A stretch of 64,000 nt of DNA from Candidatus Poribacteria bacterium (GCA_022822785.1 JAJEAL010000117.1:4747-68746), one strand, 5' to 3'. Shown: positions 41,261 through 51,111, counted from the first letter of the stretch. The notes: a model not told the origin generated them from the sequence alone. Numbers and translations: made by a program.

Positions 41261-43219
41261 ATGAATGTTATGAAAACAGATCGTCGTCCCAGCGATTCAG
41301 AATTATTCGCTTCGTATGCACAAAACGATTTGGGTAAATGGCAAAAACTCAAAGGACTTCAAGTGAAGCATAAAACTTTGGGAAACGGAATTATCACAGG
41401 AGTTGATCGGGCGTTTAATAACCAGATCGATGTCAGAGTCCAGTTTCATAGTGATAGTTATTGGACAAGATCGGATCCGTTCAAGGATGAGTTCGTTTCC
41501 AATCTTACTGAGCTTGTCCTTACCGATCGGTTGAAACTAAAAATACTCAAAGGGTGGAAGACAACTCATCAAAAATGGGAACGCACGAAAAAGGATTGGA
41601 AAGAAAAACAGCAGAGAGAATGGGAAAGGATACTGGAACAAAAGTTAGAAAGACAAAAGGAGTGGGAACGCCCGAAAAAGGATTGGAAGGAAAGACAGCA
41701 GAGGAAAAAGAAAAAGATACAGGAACAAGAGTTAGAAAAACAGAAAGAGCTTGAATTAAGAAAACAAAAACGAGAATCCGAAAAACAAAGACAACTTGAG
41801 TTACGAAGACGGGAAGAAGAAGAAAAAAGGATTCATCGTCGCCCTTTGGAACCATTTATTCAAGCAGCTAAACAAGTCTTTAGCACACAAATGAAAGTGA
41901 CAGTTGACAGCCCAATTTTAAATGCACAGGATATACAACTTGCACTGGAATGGTACCGAGGACTAAAGAAACCGGTAATCCTACAACAATCCGGAGCAAA
42001 TAGTCTCAACAAGGATCTTCTAATAGAAATAGCAAACGATGATGACGAGTTAGAGCGTGTTCTCTCAGCACGTGCTGCCGAGAAATCTGTCATGGAGTTT
42101 TATCAACGTAATGGATACTATGTCGAGGATGTATCGATACATGGAGTTACATCTGAGAGTCCTGACTGGAAACAGTACGACCTGAAAATTAACGGATCTT
42201 CTTTTGACGTGAAAAACTCGCGCTGTTCAGAACAGAACCCTAATAGTTATGTCGAGCATTGTGTTCCTAGTTTTAAGCGGGATCGAAGCAATCGAGACGT
42301 AACTATAGCTGGAGTCCTTTCACCCAACCTCCCAACATCTAAAATACTGAATCCAGAAAGTCTAATGAACCAAAACACACCAATTCTATTTCTTGGGCTT
42401 ACAAGTATCAAGGAGTTGACTGAAATAAGAAATGAGTTTGAAACCCGTGATCTGCTCGAAATTAATCTGCAACGTCGAAATAGAAGTGGATACTTCCTCC
42501 CGCCATGGATGTTCAATTATCCAAGATTTCTGTATGGACAACGAGATACTGAACTTAACAAGATTGTTGAACAGACCGTTCCTGAATACGGTCTATGGAA
42601 AGAGTTCAATCTGAATCCAACTCCCTTATGCACAGCAGCAGGAATAGATCTAGGACAACTTTGGAGTTCGGAGATTTTAATAGACTGGGAACGGTCATTT
42701 TTATCAACAGTTGTGAGTCGCCCCAAGAAGCATAGGCTATCTTTACCATATTTGTTTTTGAGCATGCTAAAGCACTTCCTTCAAATGGTGTCTGCGAACG
42801 AGGGCATCAGTTATCGCCCCACTGGATATATGAAGTTGATTTATGATCCCAAGATAGATCCAAGTTATAATATGCCTTTGGGCATCTATGACCCGCTGTG
42901 TACGATTTATAACTTAATTACTTCGTTGGATAAGTTATGGAAGGCTGAACCTGAGTTAATACGAAGTTTTAAGATGTTTAGACTTTGGGGATTGAATATC
43001 TTGAGGGGACGCAGAGAGGAAAATGAACGGTGGAAAACCCTTATTGCATACTGTGGAGGTCCAAAGTGTGGCAAAGATCCGTTGGTTCTGGGTGATTGTG
43101 AGCACTGCCGTGAGTGCGGTATGCTAATCTGCTCTGATTGCAAATTCTGTAGTAAAAACTGTTCTGAGTACGATTTGAGGAGGCATGAATTTGAAAACTC
43201 ACAGTCAGGGCAATCATAA
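41261..43219 (+). CDS. Hypothetical protein: charged coiled coil + putative PD-(D/E)xK nuclease + C-terminal Cys cluster
   Basis: AEKSV...YDLKINGSSFDVKNS resembles E..D..(D/E)xK; C-terminal CGGPKC..CEHCRECGMLICSDCKFCSKNC; AT-richer than neighbours. Confidence 0.6.
   Translation: MNVMKTDRRPSDSELFASYAQNDLGKWQKLKGLQVKHKTLGNGIITGVDRAFNNQIDVRVQFHSDSYWTRSDPFKDEFVSNLTELVLTDRLKLKILKGWKTTHQKWERTKKDWKEKQQREWERILEQKLERQKEWERPKKDWKERQQRKKKKIQEQELEKQKELELRKQKRESEKQRQLELRRREEEEKRIHRRPLEPFIQAAKQVFSTQMKVTVDSPILNAQDIQLALEWYRGLKKPVILQQSGANSLNKDLLIEIANDDDELERVLSARAAEKSVMEFYQRNGYYVEDVSIHGVTSESPDWKQYDLKINGSSFDVKNSRCSEQNPNSYVEHCVPSFKRDRSNRDVTIAGVLSPNLPTSKILNPESLMNQNTPILFLGLTSIKELTEIRNEFETRDLLEINLQRRNRSGYFLPPWMFNYPRFLYGQRDTELNKIVEQTVPEYGLWKEFNLNPTPLCTAAGIDLGQLWSSEILIDWERSFLSTVVSRPKKHRLSLPYLFLSMLKHFLQMVSANEGISYRPTGYMKLIYDPKIDPSYNMPLGIYDPLCTIYNLITSLDKLWKAEPELIRSFKMFRLWGLNILRGRREENERWKTLIAYCGGPKCGKDPLVLGDCEHCRECGMLICSDCKFCSKNCSEYDLRRHEFENSQSGQS
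41573..41746 (+). repeat. Two-copy 87-bp (29-aa) tandem repeat within CDS
   Basis: KWERTKKDWKEKQQREWERILEQKLERQK / EWERPKKDWKERQQRKKKKIQEQELEKQK; 'tgggaacgc' at 41576 and 41663. Confidence 0.85.
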
Positions 43220-43227
43220 AAGTCAAA

Positions 43228-43342
43228 GGCTCATGTAAAAACAGAGCGCAATTACAATGAAAGCGTTGAGGGCGGGGCAAGATGCCCCGCCTACGGTTTT
43301 TGAGGCAAGGCGGTGCTGTCGCACTAATTCTTAACATGAGCG
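43228..43342. mobile_element. MITE with GGCTCATGT...ACATGAGCG termini and 8-bp target-site duplication
   Basis: Imperfect TIRs; AAGTCAAA directly repeated on both flanks; internal hairpin gggcggggc-aagat-gccccgccta. Confidence 0.85.
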
Positions 43343-43373
43343 AAGTCAAATTATTTTTTTGAAGGGTTTGACT

Positions 43374-43622
43374 ATGTTGGGTAAAATTCAGAGATGGGGA
43401 AACAGCCAGGGGCTTCGGTTTACGGAGGCACTTCTCCAAGAAGCTCAGATGAACGTGGGTGATGAAGTAAACGTTTCAGTCGAGAAAGTGCGGATTATCG
43501 TTGAATCCGTGACCAAAGTGCGAGGCAAGTATGATTTGAAGGATCTGGTATCGAAGATACCCCAAGAGTGTCAAGTTGAAGAACTGGACTGGGGTGAGTC
43601 TGCTGGAAAGGAAGAGTGGTAA
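43374..43622 (+). CDS. mazE: AbrB/MazE family antitoxin
   Basis: KIQRWGNSQGLR, YDLKDLVSKI, LDWGESAGKEEW. Confidence 0.9.
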   Translation: MLGKIQRWGNSQGLRFTEALLQEAQMNVGDEVNVSVEKVRIIVESVTKVRGKYDLKDLVSKIPQECQVEELDWGESAGKEEW

Positions 43623-43631
43623 ATACCCCGA

Positions 43632-43715
43632 TATATTCCGAAGAAAGAGATTTTCGTGATTGTGGGTTTTGATCTGTAGGCTAGGCGGGACCAACAAGGT
43701 GGCCCCGCCTATCAA
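43632..43715 (+). pseudogene. Remnant of mazF/pemK toxin 5' end
   Basis: Reads YIPKKEIFVIVGFDL*ARRDQQGGPA, versus the MazF N-terminus YIP..GD...V.FDPQAG.EQ.G.RPA; in-frame stop and truncation. Confidence 0.7.
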
Positions 43716-43734
43716 AATTCGCTGATTTTTATAA

Positions 43735-44667
43735 TTAATCCGGGTGCAATTCTCCCAGAGAAGTTTCGTCAGGCGCTATGAAATCAACAGCGGGACTTTC
43801 GACGCGACCGTAGGCGTTCCACACCTTAAAGCCGAGCAACGCCAACAGTTCTGGAGGCGCATTCTCCAAGACCTCTTTTGATGTGCCGAGCGTGAGATTC
43901 TCTTGTGTTCGGAATTGGGGACCACAGAATGTCGACAGCACCCCTAGCCGCGGACCATCGCTCACATTCGCGCCTGTGCCGTGCCACATACGACCGTCGA
44001 ACACCATCGCCGTACCTGCGGGACCTGCGGCAGCAATCGGTTCAACATCCTTATCTCGCTCTTTGTCTGGGTGCCGTCCCGTCAGATGGCTTCGGGGCAC
44101 GAGTCGGGTGCCGCCGTTTTCAGCGGTGAAGTCAACCAACATCCACATAACGTTGACAACGACAGCCGGTGCAATCATCGACGGTGGACCGGCGTCATCG
44201 ATATCTCGACGTTCGCGTGTAATTGAACCGACAGGGAGCGGAGAGCGATTTCGCCGGGTCGGTGGCGGCATCCACCACTGATCGGTATGCAGATTCATTG
44301 CCACGCCGCCCGGCTTGGCGATGTTGGCGGTATAGCACGACAACAGGTATTGCTCGCCGAGGACATGCCCAATCAATTCACGGACACCCTTGTGGAGCAG
44401 CGGTTCGTGAAAAATCTTTCCCTTATTAATCAGCATCCAGACCCGTTGATTGATACCGCTGTCCCTATCCGTGCCGCCATCCTCAAAAGCGAGCCCCTGT
44501 TCCTTTTCCGCGGCTGCCTGCTCTACCAGTCGAGTGCGTAACGCCTCAACCTGTTTTGGGGTGAGCGCGTTAGCGAGTAGGCAGTAGCCGAACTCGTCTA
44601 AATGTGCCTTCGCTAGATTAAGATCAGTTGTCGGTTGAGGCAAATCATTTTTCGTTGTGCTTGTCAT
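43735..44667 (-). CDS. PhyH family Fe(II)/2OG oxygenase
   Basis: LHTDQ, NGGTRLVPRSH, FDGRMWHGTGAN. Confidence 0.9.
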   Translation of the reverse strand: MTSTTKNDLPQPTTDLNLAKAHLDEFGYCLLANALTPKQVEALRTRLVEQAAAEKEQGLAFEDGGTDRDSGINQRVWMLINKGKIFHEPLLHKGVRELIGHVLGEQYLLSCYTANIAKPGGVAMNLHTDQWWMPPPTRRNRSPLPVGSITRERRDIDDAGPPSMIAPAVVVNVMWMLVDFTAENGGTRLVPRSHLTGRHPDKERDKDVEPIAAAGPAGTAMVFDGRMWHGTGANVSDGPRLGVLSTFCGPQFRTQENLTLGTSKEVLENAPPELLALLGFKVWNAYGRVESPAVDFIAPDETSLGELHPD

Positions 44668-44754
44668 GACATTATCTCCAATAATGAAACGTGGTGTGCA
44701 AGTTGGGTCATCTGTTCACTAGTAAACTAGTTTATTGATGAACCAATGAACTAA

Positions 44755-45522
44755 TCAACTATCGGTGAATTTCCACACCGCTAGTGCGGTACGGCCGAAA
44801 ATCCACTCACGGTCTTCCTCGCTCAAATCGGAGAAGTAATCAAGCGGAAACTGAAGTGAATGATGATAGCCTTCCCTGGAGCTGACCGGTGGATAATCAC
44901 TCCCCCACATCACCCGTTGCGGTCCAAACGCCTCCACAACCATACGCGCTAGCGGCGGAACATCCTCGAATGGATAAGGCAGGTTACAGAATTCTCCGAA
45001 GCCCGGCAATTTTATTGTTAGATTAGGGTGTTTCGCCAAACCGAGAACGCGCTTGAACTCATCGTAAGGTGGTGCCGCATTGGTGCCCACACCGCCTAAG
45101 TGTTCGATAACAATCTGGAGGTCAGGAAAGAGCTTCAGAACCTCGGCAAATTCATCGCTGAGGAGGGTTGATGGGTTTGAGGGAGCACTGACAACAAGAT
45201 TGAGCTCGGCAGCGGTACGCCACTGTGCCAGCGGATCCGACGCTTCCGCGCGTGAGTTTGCACCGAGACGAATTCCCACAAGCCCTTGGTCCGCCCAGTA
45301 ACGCATCCGCTCTCCATCGTCGGTGCTTTCCACAATCATTGCCGAAGCGAGACGGGTTGGATGGGCCCCCAAACATTCGACGTGGTAACTATTGTCGGTG
45401 GTTCCCTGATGTTGTATTAAGACCGCCCGGTCGACGCCAGATTGCGCCATGTGGTAAAGGAGGGATTCGACGGGTTCGTATTTATTCAGTCCGGCATGAC
45501 AGTGGGTATCGACAATGATCAT
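44755..45522 (-). CDS. Amidohydrolase_2 family protein (lactonase-like)
   Basis: VDTHCH, IEHLG, RVMWGSDYP. Confidence 0.9.
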   Translation of the reverse strand: MIIVDTHCHAGLNKYEPVESLLYHMAQSGVDRAVLIQHQGTTDNSYHVECLGAHPTRLASAMIVESTDDGERMRYWADQGLVGIRLGANSRAEASDPLAQWRTAAELNLVVSAPSNPSTLLSDEFAEVLKLFPDLQIVIEHLGGVGTNAAPPYDEFKRVLGLAKHPNLTIKLPGFGEFCNLPYPFEDVPPLARMVVEAFGPQRVMWGSDYPPVSSREGYHHSLQFPLDYFSDLSEEDREWIFGRTALAVWKFTDS

Positions 45523-45668
45523 TGGACAGATCCTTTCTCTGTCATTTGGTTCGTGTCTGTGGGTCGATTTTCCACAATTGACAGTTTTGTGTTGAGATAT
45601 GAATCTCGACCTACGGGTTCTGATGGATTGCTACTAACTGGTAACTTAGGTTATCTTAGGTGTGCTGC

Positions 45669-46343
45669 TTAGAGTCGCCCGCCGGGTGAGTAGGCAACTC
45701 CTACCTTGACTTGAGTTCCCTCCATCTGCTCCACGACATGCTGGAAGCACTCTTCAACCGTTTTGAATGGAGGATTTGGATATGTTTCGAGACTAAATCC
45801 CAAGTCATTCGCACCAAACATGAGCATATCAACGCCGGGTTTTGCAAGTTTTCGGGCATTGATAATCGCATCAACAGATTCGAGTTGCAGGCTGAGGATA
45901 CCGTTGTTGTTCCACCATTCCGCGTATTCTAAGCGGTCCATCTCTGGCTTGAAACCGTACCCTGAACTGGGACCCCAACTCCGTTTTCCAACTGGCGGAT
46001 AATAGAAGGCGTCGATCGCTTCTTCAACGGTTTCCTCTGTTTCGACCTGCGGTACGCAAATTGCCAGAGGACCCAAGTCGAGAATATTTCCAATGAGATA
46101 AGCGTTTCGGGTATGTTTGATGCGTAACTGAACGGGCATCCCTAGCTCTTCCAGGTTGGCGCAAAATGCAACGAGTTTCTCTTCATTGAATGCTGAATGT
46201 TGGGCATCGGTCCCGATTAAATCGTAGGAGTCCTGGCTGAGAATCGCTTCGAGTTCATCTTTTGAGGCGCTTGTGGATGCGCCGCCGATGTTAATCATTT
46301 CACCCCTGTGTATCCGTTGCTTCAACGTGAGTTGTTCTGACAT
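45669..46343 (-). CDS. HpcH/HpaI aldolase family protein
   Basis: DAQHS, YYPPVGKRSWG, QLES, MFGANDLGFS. Confidence 0.85.
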   Translation of the reverse strand: MSEQLTLKQRIHRGEMINIGGASTSASKDELEAILSQDSYDLIGTDAQHSAFNEEKLVAFCANLEELGMPVQLRIKHTRNAYLIGNILDLGPLAICVPQVETEETVEEAIDAFYYPPVGKRSWGPSSGYGFKPEMDRLEYAEWWNNNGILSLQLESVDAIINARKLAKPGVDMLMFGANDLGFSLETYPNPPFKTVEECFQHVVEQMEGTQVKVGVAYSPGGRL

Positions 46344-46414
46344 ATCTATACGACCTCCTGAAATTGTTGATTATGTTATAACCCAAGCTGCCACCAAACT
46401 GGAAAAAACATTAT

Positions 46415-46539
46415 GGCTCATGTAAAAAGAGAGTGCAAAACACGAAGAGAACTGTAGGGGCAACCCTTGTGGTTGCCCTTTTGGGCAGGCACAAGACCTG
46501 CCCCTACAGTTTCTGTTACACGATTTCTTAACATGAGCG
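46415..46539. mobile_element. Second copy of the GGCTCATGT...ACATGAGCG MITE with 8-bp TSD
   Basis: Same termini as 43228-43342; AACATTAT duplicated on both flanks; internal REP-like palindrome tgtaggggca...tgcccctaca. Confidence 0.85.
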
Positions 46540-46618
46540 AACATTATTTGTGTAGTAACGTGCTTCGCACCTTTGCGTTAAAATAAACGCTCTTACGCCC
46601 AACGTAGGATAAGCAAAT

Positions 46619-49600
46619 TTACTTTAGTATCAGCATCCGTCGCGTCGCTGTGAATTCTCCTGTTGTCAGCGTGTAGAAATAGAGACCGCTGGCGAGGGGC
46701 TCACCGAGTTGATTGCGTCCGTCCCAATAGGCTGCCCGGCTTCGACTCCGATACATGCCCGCTGCTTGATGCCCTACCGCTAAATGTCGAACTAGCTGCC
46801 CGTTTATATCATAAATCGTCAGCGTGACCTCCCCCGGTTCTGCCAGTTGATACGGAATCCACGTCTCCGGATTAAACGGATTCGGGTAGTTTGCCAATAA
46901 CGCAGTTTCTTCAGGAATTAGCAAAGCTAGCAAATTTTGGAGATTTTCGATACCTTGTTTGAAGGCGAGTGACCCATCATCTTCCAACCGTGCCTGTGCT
47001 ATCCACGCTTCTATCGTCGCAGCATCTATGCTTTCTGTCCCCACCGATGGCGCAGCGGACGCTGTGGTGTTGCCGAGACTTCGTGCCGTGAGGATGAGGT
47101 CGAGGATACTGACGACGCCATCGCCGTTGAGATCCACCGGTGAGCCAGCGGGTACTCTCCTCCCCAACTGCTGTGCGATGAGAATCAGGTCCAGAATGCT
47201 GACCACACCGTCTCGATTGACATCTCCTGTGGCAAGTTGTGCCTCCACAACGATGGTAATTTGATGTGGTCCTGCGGGAATAGCTACCCCTGTGGTGGAG
47301 CCGAATTGGAAGTTCTGCAATGCCAACTCTGTTTCACCGGCGGATTTTGCCTTGAACCTCACCTGAAGCAGTGTGCCGGTGCCATCCACACCTTGGGTGG
47401 ATAAGCGCGCCGCGTTGAGTCCTACAATTTTACCCACCGCGTTATCAATGGTCCCACCCTGAAAGAAGGTGGTTCCGCCATCGTTCTTTAGGAAATCGCC
47501 TTCACTTACGCTGATAGCTTCAAGTACAGTAGAGTCGAAGGCGATATCAAACTGCCATCCTGCCAAATCGGTGATATTTTCGGCGCGGATGTCGAGGGTA
47601 AAGGTATCGCCTGTATGAATTGGTATTTGGGAAAAAGTGTAGCCTATACCAGTTGACAACGTATACTCAGTTCCGGTTTCAAATCCAAAAAAGCCGTTAG
47701 CATGGGTGTAAACTGCAACTAACAAGACATTTCTCCCCTGCTGAAGTGTGACCGGTAAAAAGTCGGTGTAATCCTCACTTCTGCCCAGATGAAAGTTTTC
47801 GTAAACCAAAGCCCCGTTCAGCCAGACCTTTACACGCCCTGAGCTGCCAACGTACATCGTTGTGTTCTGTTCGCGTGGTGAATAAAGGGAGACAGAACCG
47901 TAGACAGTGCCGTCATGGATAATACTTTTCAGCATATCCTCAATGTTATTCTCCCCCGTAGGCGGAAGTCTGTGGAAGGTCCAAACACTATCCCCAACAG
48001 AACCTTCCACTATTGCCCCGTGGGTAGCAATATCCATCTCTGTCACTGTGCCTCCACTCATTTCTGATAGTAAATCCGTGCTGCTATCTAGGTCTGTCTG
48101 CGGCAGCACGACCCAAAGCCACGGGCCCTCTATCTTCGGTCCTCCTTCCGGGAACGCTGGATTGCTGTGCCAAAGGAGTGTTATATTTTCGCGTAACCTG
48201 TCCAAAGGTGAAAAGTCGGGAATCTTGTTGTCGTAGACCGCTAGCCATTTCAAGTTGTTCAAACCCGCAAGGGGGGATATATCCGATATGTTATTGTGGG
48301 AGAGGTGTATCCATGTCAAACTAGCTACTCGCGCAAGGGGGGATATATCCGATATGTTATTAAACGAAAGATTCAAACGAGTTAACCCGGTTAACTCCGC
48401 GATAGGTGATATATCTGATATTTCGTTACGACGAAAATACAGTTCCTTCAGACCTGTTAAGCGTGCTAAAGGCGTAAGGTCCGATATCTCTGCGCCACAA
48501 ATATCTACCCTTTCCATTTTTGTTAATCCCGCAAGGGGCGATAAATCGGAAATAGGGTTACCCCACGTGAGAATGTCTTTCAGATTGATTAGTCCTGCAA
48601 GCGGCGATAAGTCAGATACGTTGTTACGGTTAAAACCTAAAGACTCTAGGTTCACTAACCCTGCAAGCGGTGACAGATCCGATACATTACAATCAGTAAA
48701 ATGTAAATACTTCAGATGAGTCATTCCTGCAAGTGGTAACAGGGACAGATCTGATACAGTGTCAAAGGAAAAGTCTAAAATCTCCAAATTGATTAGCCCT
48801 ACTAGCGGTGAGAGATCAGAAATACCGGTAAAATTATGATCAAGCCTAAGTTCACGCAAGTTTATTAACCCTGTCAGCGGTGAGAGATCAGAGATTTGAT
48901 TATCCCTAAGATTCAACCGCATCAGATTGGTTGCGAACTGAATGCCCGTCAAATCTTGGATGCCTCTGTCCCGTGCTTCAACTCTTGTCAACTGCTTCAT
49001 CTCCTGCACAGTAATCGGGGTATTGGGGCTTTTGCCAAGTGCCTCTGCTATTGCAGTGTGCAGGTTGGGATCGGGGATCTGAACAATAGTCCCCGGTAAC
49101 ACTTCCGGCTGTGACGGACTGTCTACCTGGTCGTCAGGGAAGTCCAAAGCGTAAATAATCGCTGGAAAATTAGACCTCCAGGCGTCCCGTTTCATGCTGC
49201 CACTGGGACTGTCCAATACCAATAATCCTGCATTCTGTAATCCTACATTCTCCCGTATCTTCTCTTGGAAGGTTTCCATCTCTAACCCAACGACTGCGGC
49301 AGCATAAGCAGCGCCCACAGGACCTTGGTACACCTCATGGAAACGGGAGATTGGCTCTATATCATCAACCGCACCGCCCGTCGCTTCCAACGCCTCTTTG
49401 TACGTATCCATATCCTCCTGTAAGAGTGCGTCCATCTTTGACTGCTCGACGTAGAGACGGAGTGCCTGCGCCTTGTCGTACGTTGGATTGGTATTTGCCT
49501 CAATCACCGAACGCACCTCGTCTTCAAAGGTCTTCATGCCTTCGGTGTGGCAACCGAAACAGGAGAGTCCGTTCCGCACCCTCGGATCACTCGCTGCGGG

Positions 49601-50812
49601 ATTAGAAACAATCCCTATCGGTGCTGCGTCTAGCCGAGAACCGGACGCATTGGTAATGTAGTAACCTTGTAACCCGTTAGGCAGATTGAAGATAACCTCG
49701 CCGCCGTCATGCGTAAAATCAAGAGGGTAGTTGAAAATGTTCTGTGTGCCGACACTGCCAGCAAAGTCGTAGCTCTTCCAGTACGCACCATAGCGGGAGG
49801 CGTGTCGTTCTATCACCCGGTTGTGGTTGGAGACGCCTGAATTATTCGTGCCTGCTCTCCAGACACGCACCCCCGGTGCATTTTGTAGGTTGCGGACCAC
49901 ATCAACCTCCAGTCGGGTCTCCAACTCCCTGTCGGTCAGTGGTAGAGACAGTAGGTCGTGGTATAACGGGGGTAGAGAGGCATTTGCAAGAAACCAATCG
50001 ACATGCACCGATGGTATATCAGTTGTCATCTCCGTCTGTAACCGCGTCAGTTGTGCCTTCAGTGCGGTCTGTGCGGGTGCGTCAAACGAGATGTGATAGG
50101 GATATTCTGCTTCTATTGTCGTCCAGCCGTCATTGACATCCCACTCGTAGCGTCGCAGGTCGATGTAGAGGATTGTTTCTTCTGGGTCAATGGGTTGTGG
50201 GTTGGTGACTGTCGCACCCCATGAGAGGCTATTGATCAGTTTGTAGAGTCCTTTACGATATTCTTGGAGTATACTCGGTGTTTCGCCTGCGTTATGGAGG
50301 TGTGTCATTGTGAAGTATCGGGCAAAGGCACGGTCAAAAGATGGGAGGGACATCAGGTGTGTTTCGATGGTATTAAGTACCTCACCGGGAGAGATGAAAT
50401 CGCCATCGGTTGTGGAGGTTGTCGTCCAATCGGGTGCACCGGCTAATATCCAATTCCGGATTGTGTTAATTGACTGAGGGGGCAGTTGGGGTTGCCCCAG
50501 TGGCATCTGTGCACCATTTTCTGTGCTTCCAAGTAGACGTTTATACAATTCTGAGGCATCGGGGTTGCCCGGGACGACGGTTCCGTTTTCAATGAGTGCG
50601 TTGTGTTCTATTAAGAGTGTCTCTTTATAGGCACCGTCGGGGCCGTGACAGATGAAGCAGCTTTGTTGAAAGATGGCGTAGGTGTCTAGGGCAATCTGTT
50701 GTTGGGCGGATATGTTTTGAGAACCAACGATGAGGATTAATAGACAGATGAGTGCGATGAGATGCTGCTTACGAATACCAATCAGATTCGGGACGAAATA
50801 ACGCTTAAACAT
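46619..50812 (-). CDS. Large secreted protein: cytochrome c domains + internalin-like LRR + cohesin + dockerin-like + FlgD-Ig-like C-terminus
   Basis: Heme motifs CFICH and CFGCH; IPDPNL cap and about a dozen 22-aa ISDLSPLAGL repeats; LAGWQFDIAFD cohesin; GDVNRDGVVSILDL twice; LLANYPNPFNPETWIPY tail; RBS aggag before ATG 50812. Confidence 0.88.
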   Translation of the reverse strand: MFKRYFVPNLIGIRKQHLIALICLLILIVGSQNISAQQQIALDTYAIFQQSCFICHGPDGAYKETLLIEHNALIENGTVVPGNPDASELYKRLLGSTENGAQMPLGQPQLPPQSINTIRNWILAGAPDWTTTSTTDGDFISPGEVLNTIETHLMSLPSFDRAFARYFTMTHLHNAGETPSILQEYRKGLYKLINSLSWGATVTNPQPIDPEETILYIDLRRYEWDVNDGWTTIEAEYPYHISFDAPAQTALKAQLTRLQTEMTTDIPSVHVDWFLANASLPPLYHDLLSLPLTDRELETRLEVDVVRNLQNAPGVRVWRAGTNNSGVSNHNRVIERHASRYGAYWKSYDFAGSVGTQNIFNYPLDFTHDGGEVIFNLPNGLQGYYITNASGSRLDAAPIGIVSNPAASDPRVRNGLSCFGCHTEGMKTFEDEVRSVIEANTNPTYDKAQALRLYVEQSKMDALLQEDMDTYKEALEATGGAVDDIEPISRFHEVYQGPVGAAYAAAVVGLEMETFQEKIRENVGLQNAGLLVLDSPSGSMKRDAWRSNFPAIIYALDFPDDQVDSPSQPEVLPGTIVQIPDPNLHTAIAEALGKSPNTPITVQEMKQLTRVEARDRGIQDLTGIQFATNLMRLNLRDNQISDLSPLTGLINLRELRLDHNFTGISDLSPLVGLINLEILDFSFDTVSDLSLLPLAGMTHLKYLHFTDCNVSDLSPLAGLVNLESLGFNRNNVSDLSPLAGLINLKDILTWGNPISDLSPLAGLTKMERVDICGAEISDLTPLARLTGLKELYFRRNEISDISPIAELTGLTRLNLSFNNISDISPLARVASLTWIHLSHNNISDISPLAGLNNLKWLAVYDNKIPDFSPLDRLRENITLLWHSNPAFPEGGPKIEGPWLWVVLPQTDLDSSTDLLSEMSGGTVTEMDIATHGAIVEGSVGDSVWTFHRLPPTGENNIEDMLKSIIHDGTVYGSVSLYSPREQNTTMYVGSSGRVKVWLNGALVYENFHLGRSEDYTDFLPVTLQQGRNVLLVAVYTHANGFFGFETGTEYTLSTGIGYTFSQIPIHTGDTFTLDIRAENITDLAGWQFDIAFDSTVLEAISVSEGDFLKNDGGTTFFQGGTIDNAVGKIVGLNAARLSTQGVDGTGTLLQVRFKAKSAGETELALQNFQFGSTTGVAIPAGPHQITIVVEAQLATGDVNRDGVVSILDLILIAQQLGRRVPAGSPVDLNGDGVVSILDLILTARSLGNTTASAAPSVGTESIDAATIEAWIAQARLEDDGSLAFKQGIENLQNLLALLIPEETALLANYPNPFNPETWIPYQLAEPGEVTLTIYDINGQLVRHLAVGHQAAGMYRSRSRAAYWDGRNQLGEPLASGLYFYTLTTGEFTATRRMLILK

Positions 50813-50837
50813 AGGAGAGTATCTCCTGAAATGCGAG

Positions 50838-51090
50838 TTTGCGGAGGTTACGGCACGCGGAGTGTGCCTACTACTTTGTAACAACGGTTTAGTGTTGAGA
50901 TGTGAATCTCGACCTACGGGCTGCCCCATTTCAGCATAGGTGGTGCGGGGCAAGATGCCCGCCTACGGTTGGATGCGTAAGTCCTAGCTTTGTAGTCTGA
51001 TGATTTATCATCGCTATACATCATTCCCAACGCCCGATGAAGCCCCGATTATCGTTCGTCTGAACGCGCAATAAATTGCGCTACTACAAA
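50838..51090. repeat. Cluster of short palindromic intergenic repeats
   Basis: gttgagatgtgaatctcgacctacggg (near-identical copy at about 45590-45618); gcggggcaagatgcccgcctacgg (as in MITE 43228); tgcgtaagtcct terminus; ttgtagt...actacaa pair. Confidence 0.7.
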
Positions 51091-51111
51091 CTGAAGTGCA
51101 CTCACTCCTAT

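Noticed and set aside
39203-43715. Prophage
   Set aside because: No integrase, structural, terminase or replication genes.
48240-48960. Regular ~66-bp repeats that might be a CRISPR array
   Set aside because: They are the 22-aa leucine-rich repeats of the minus-strand CDS; no identical repeats with unique spacers and no cas genes.
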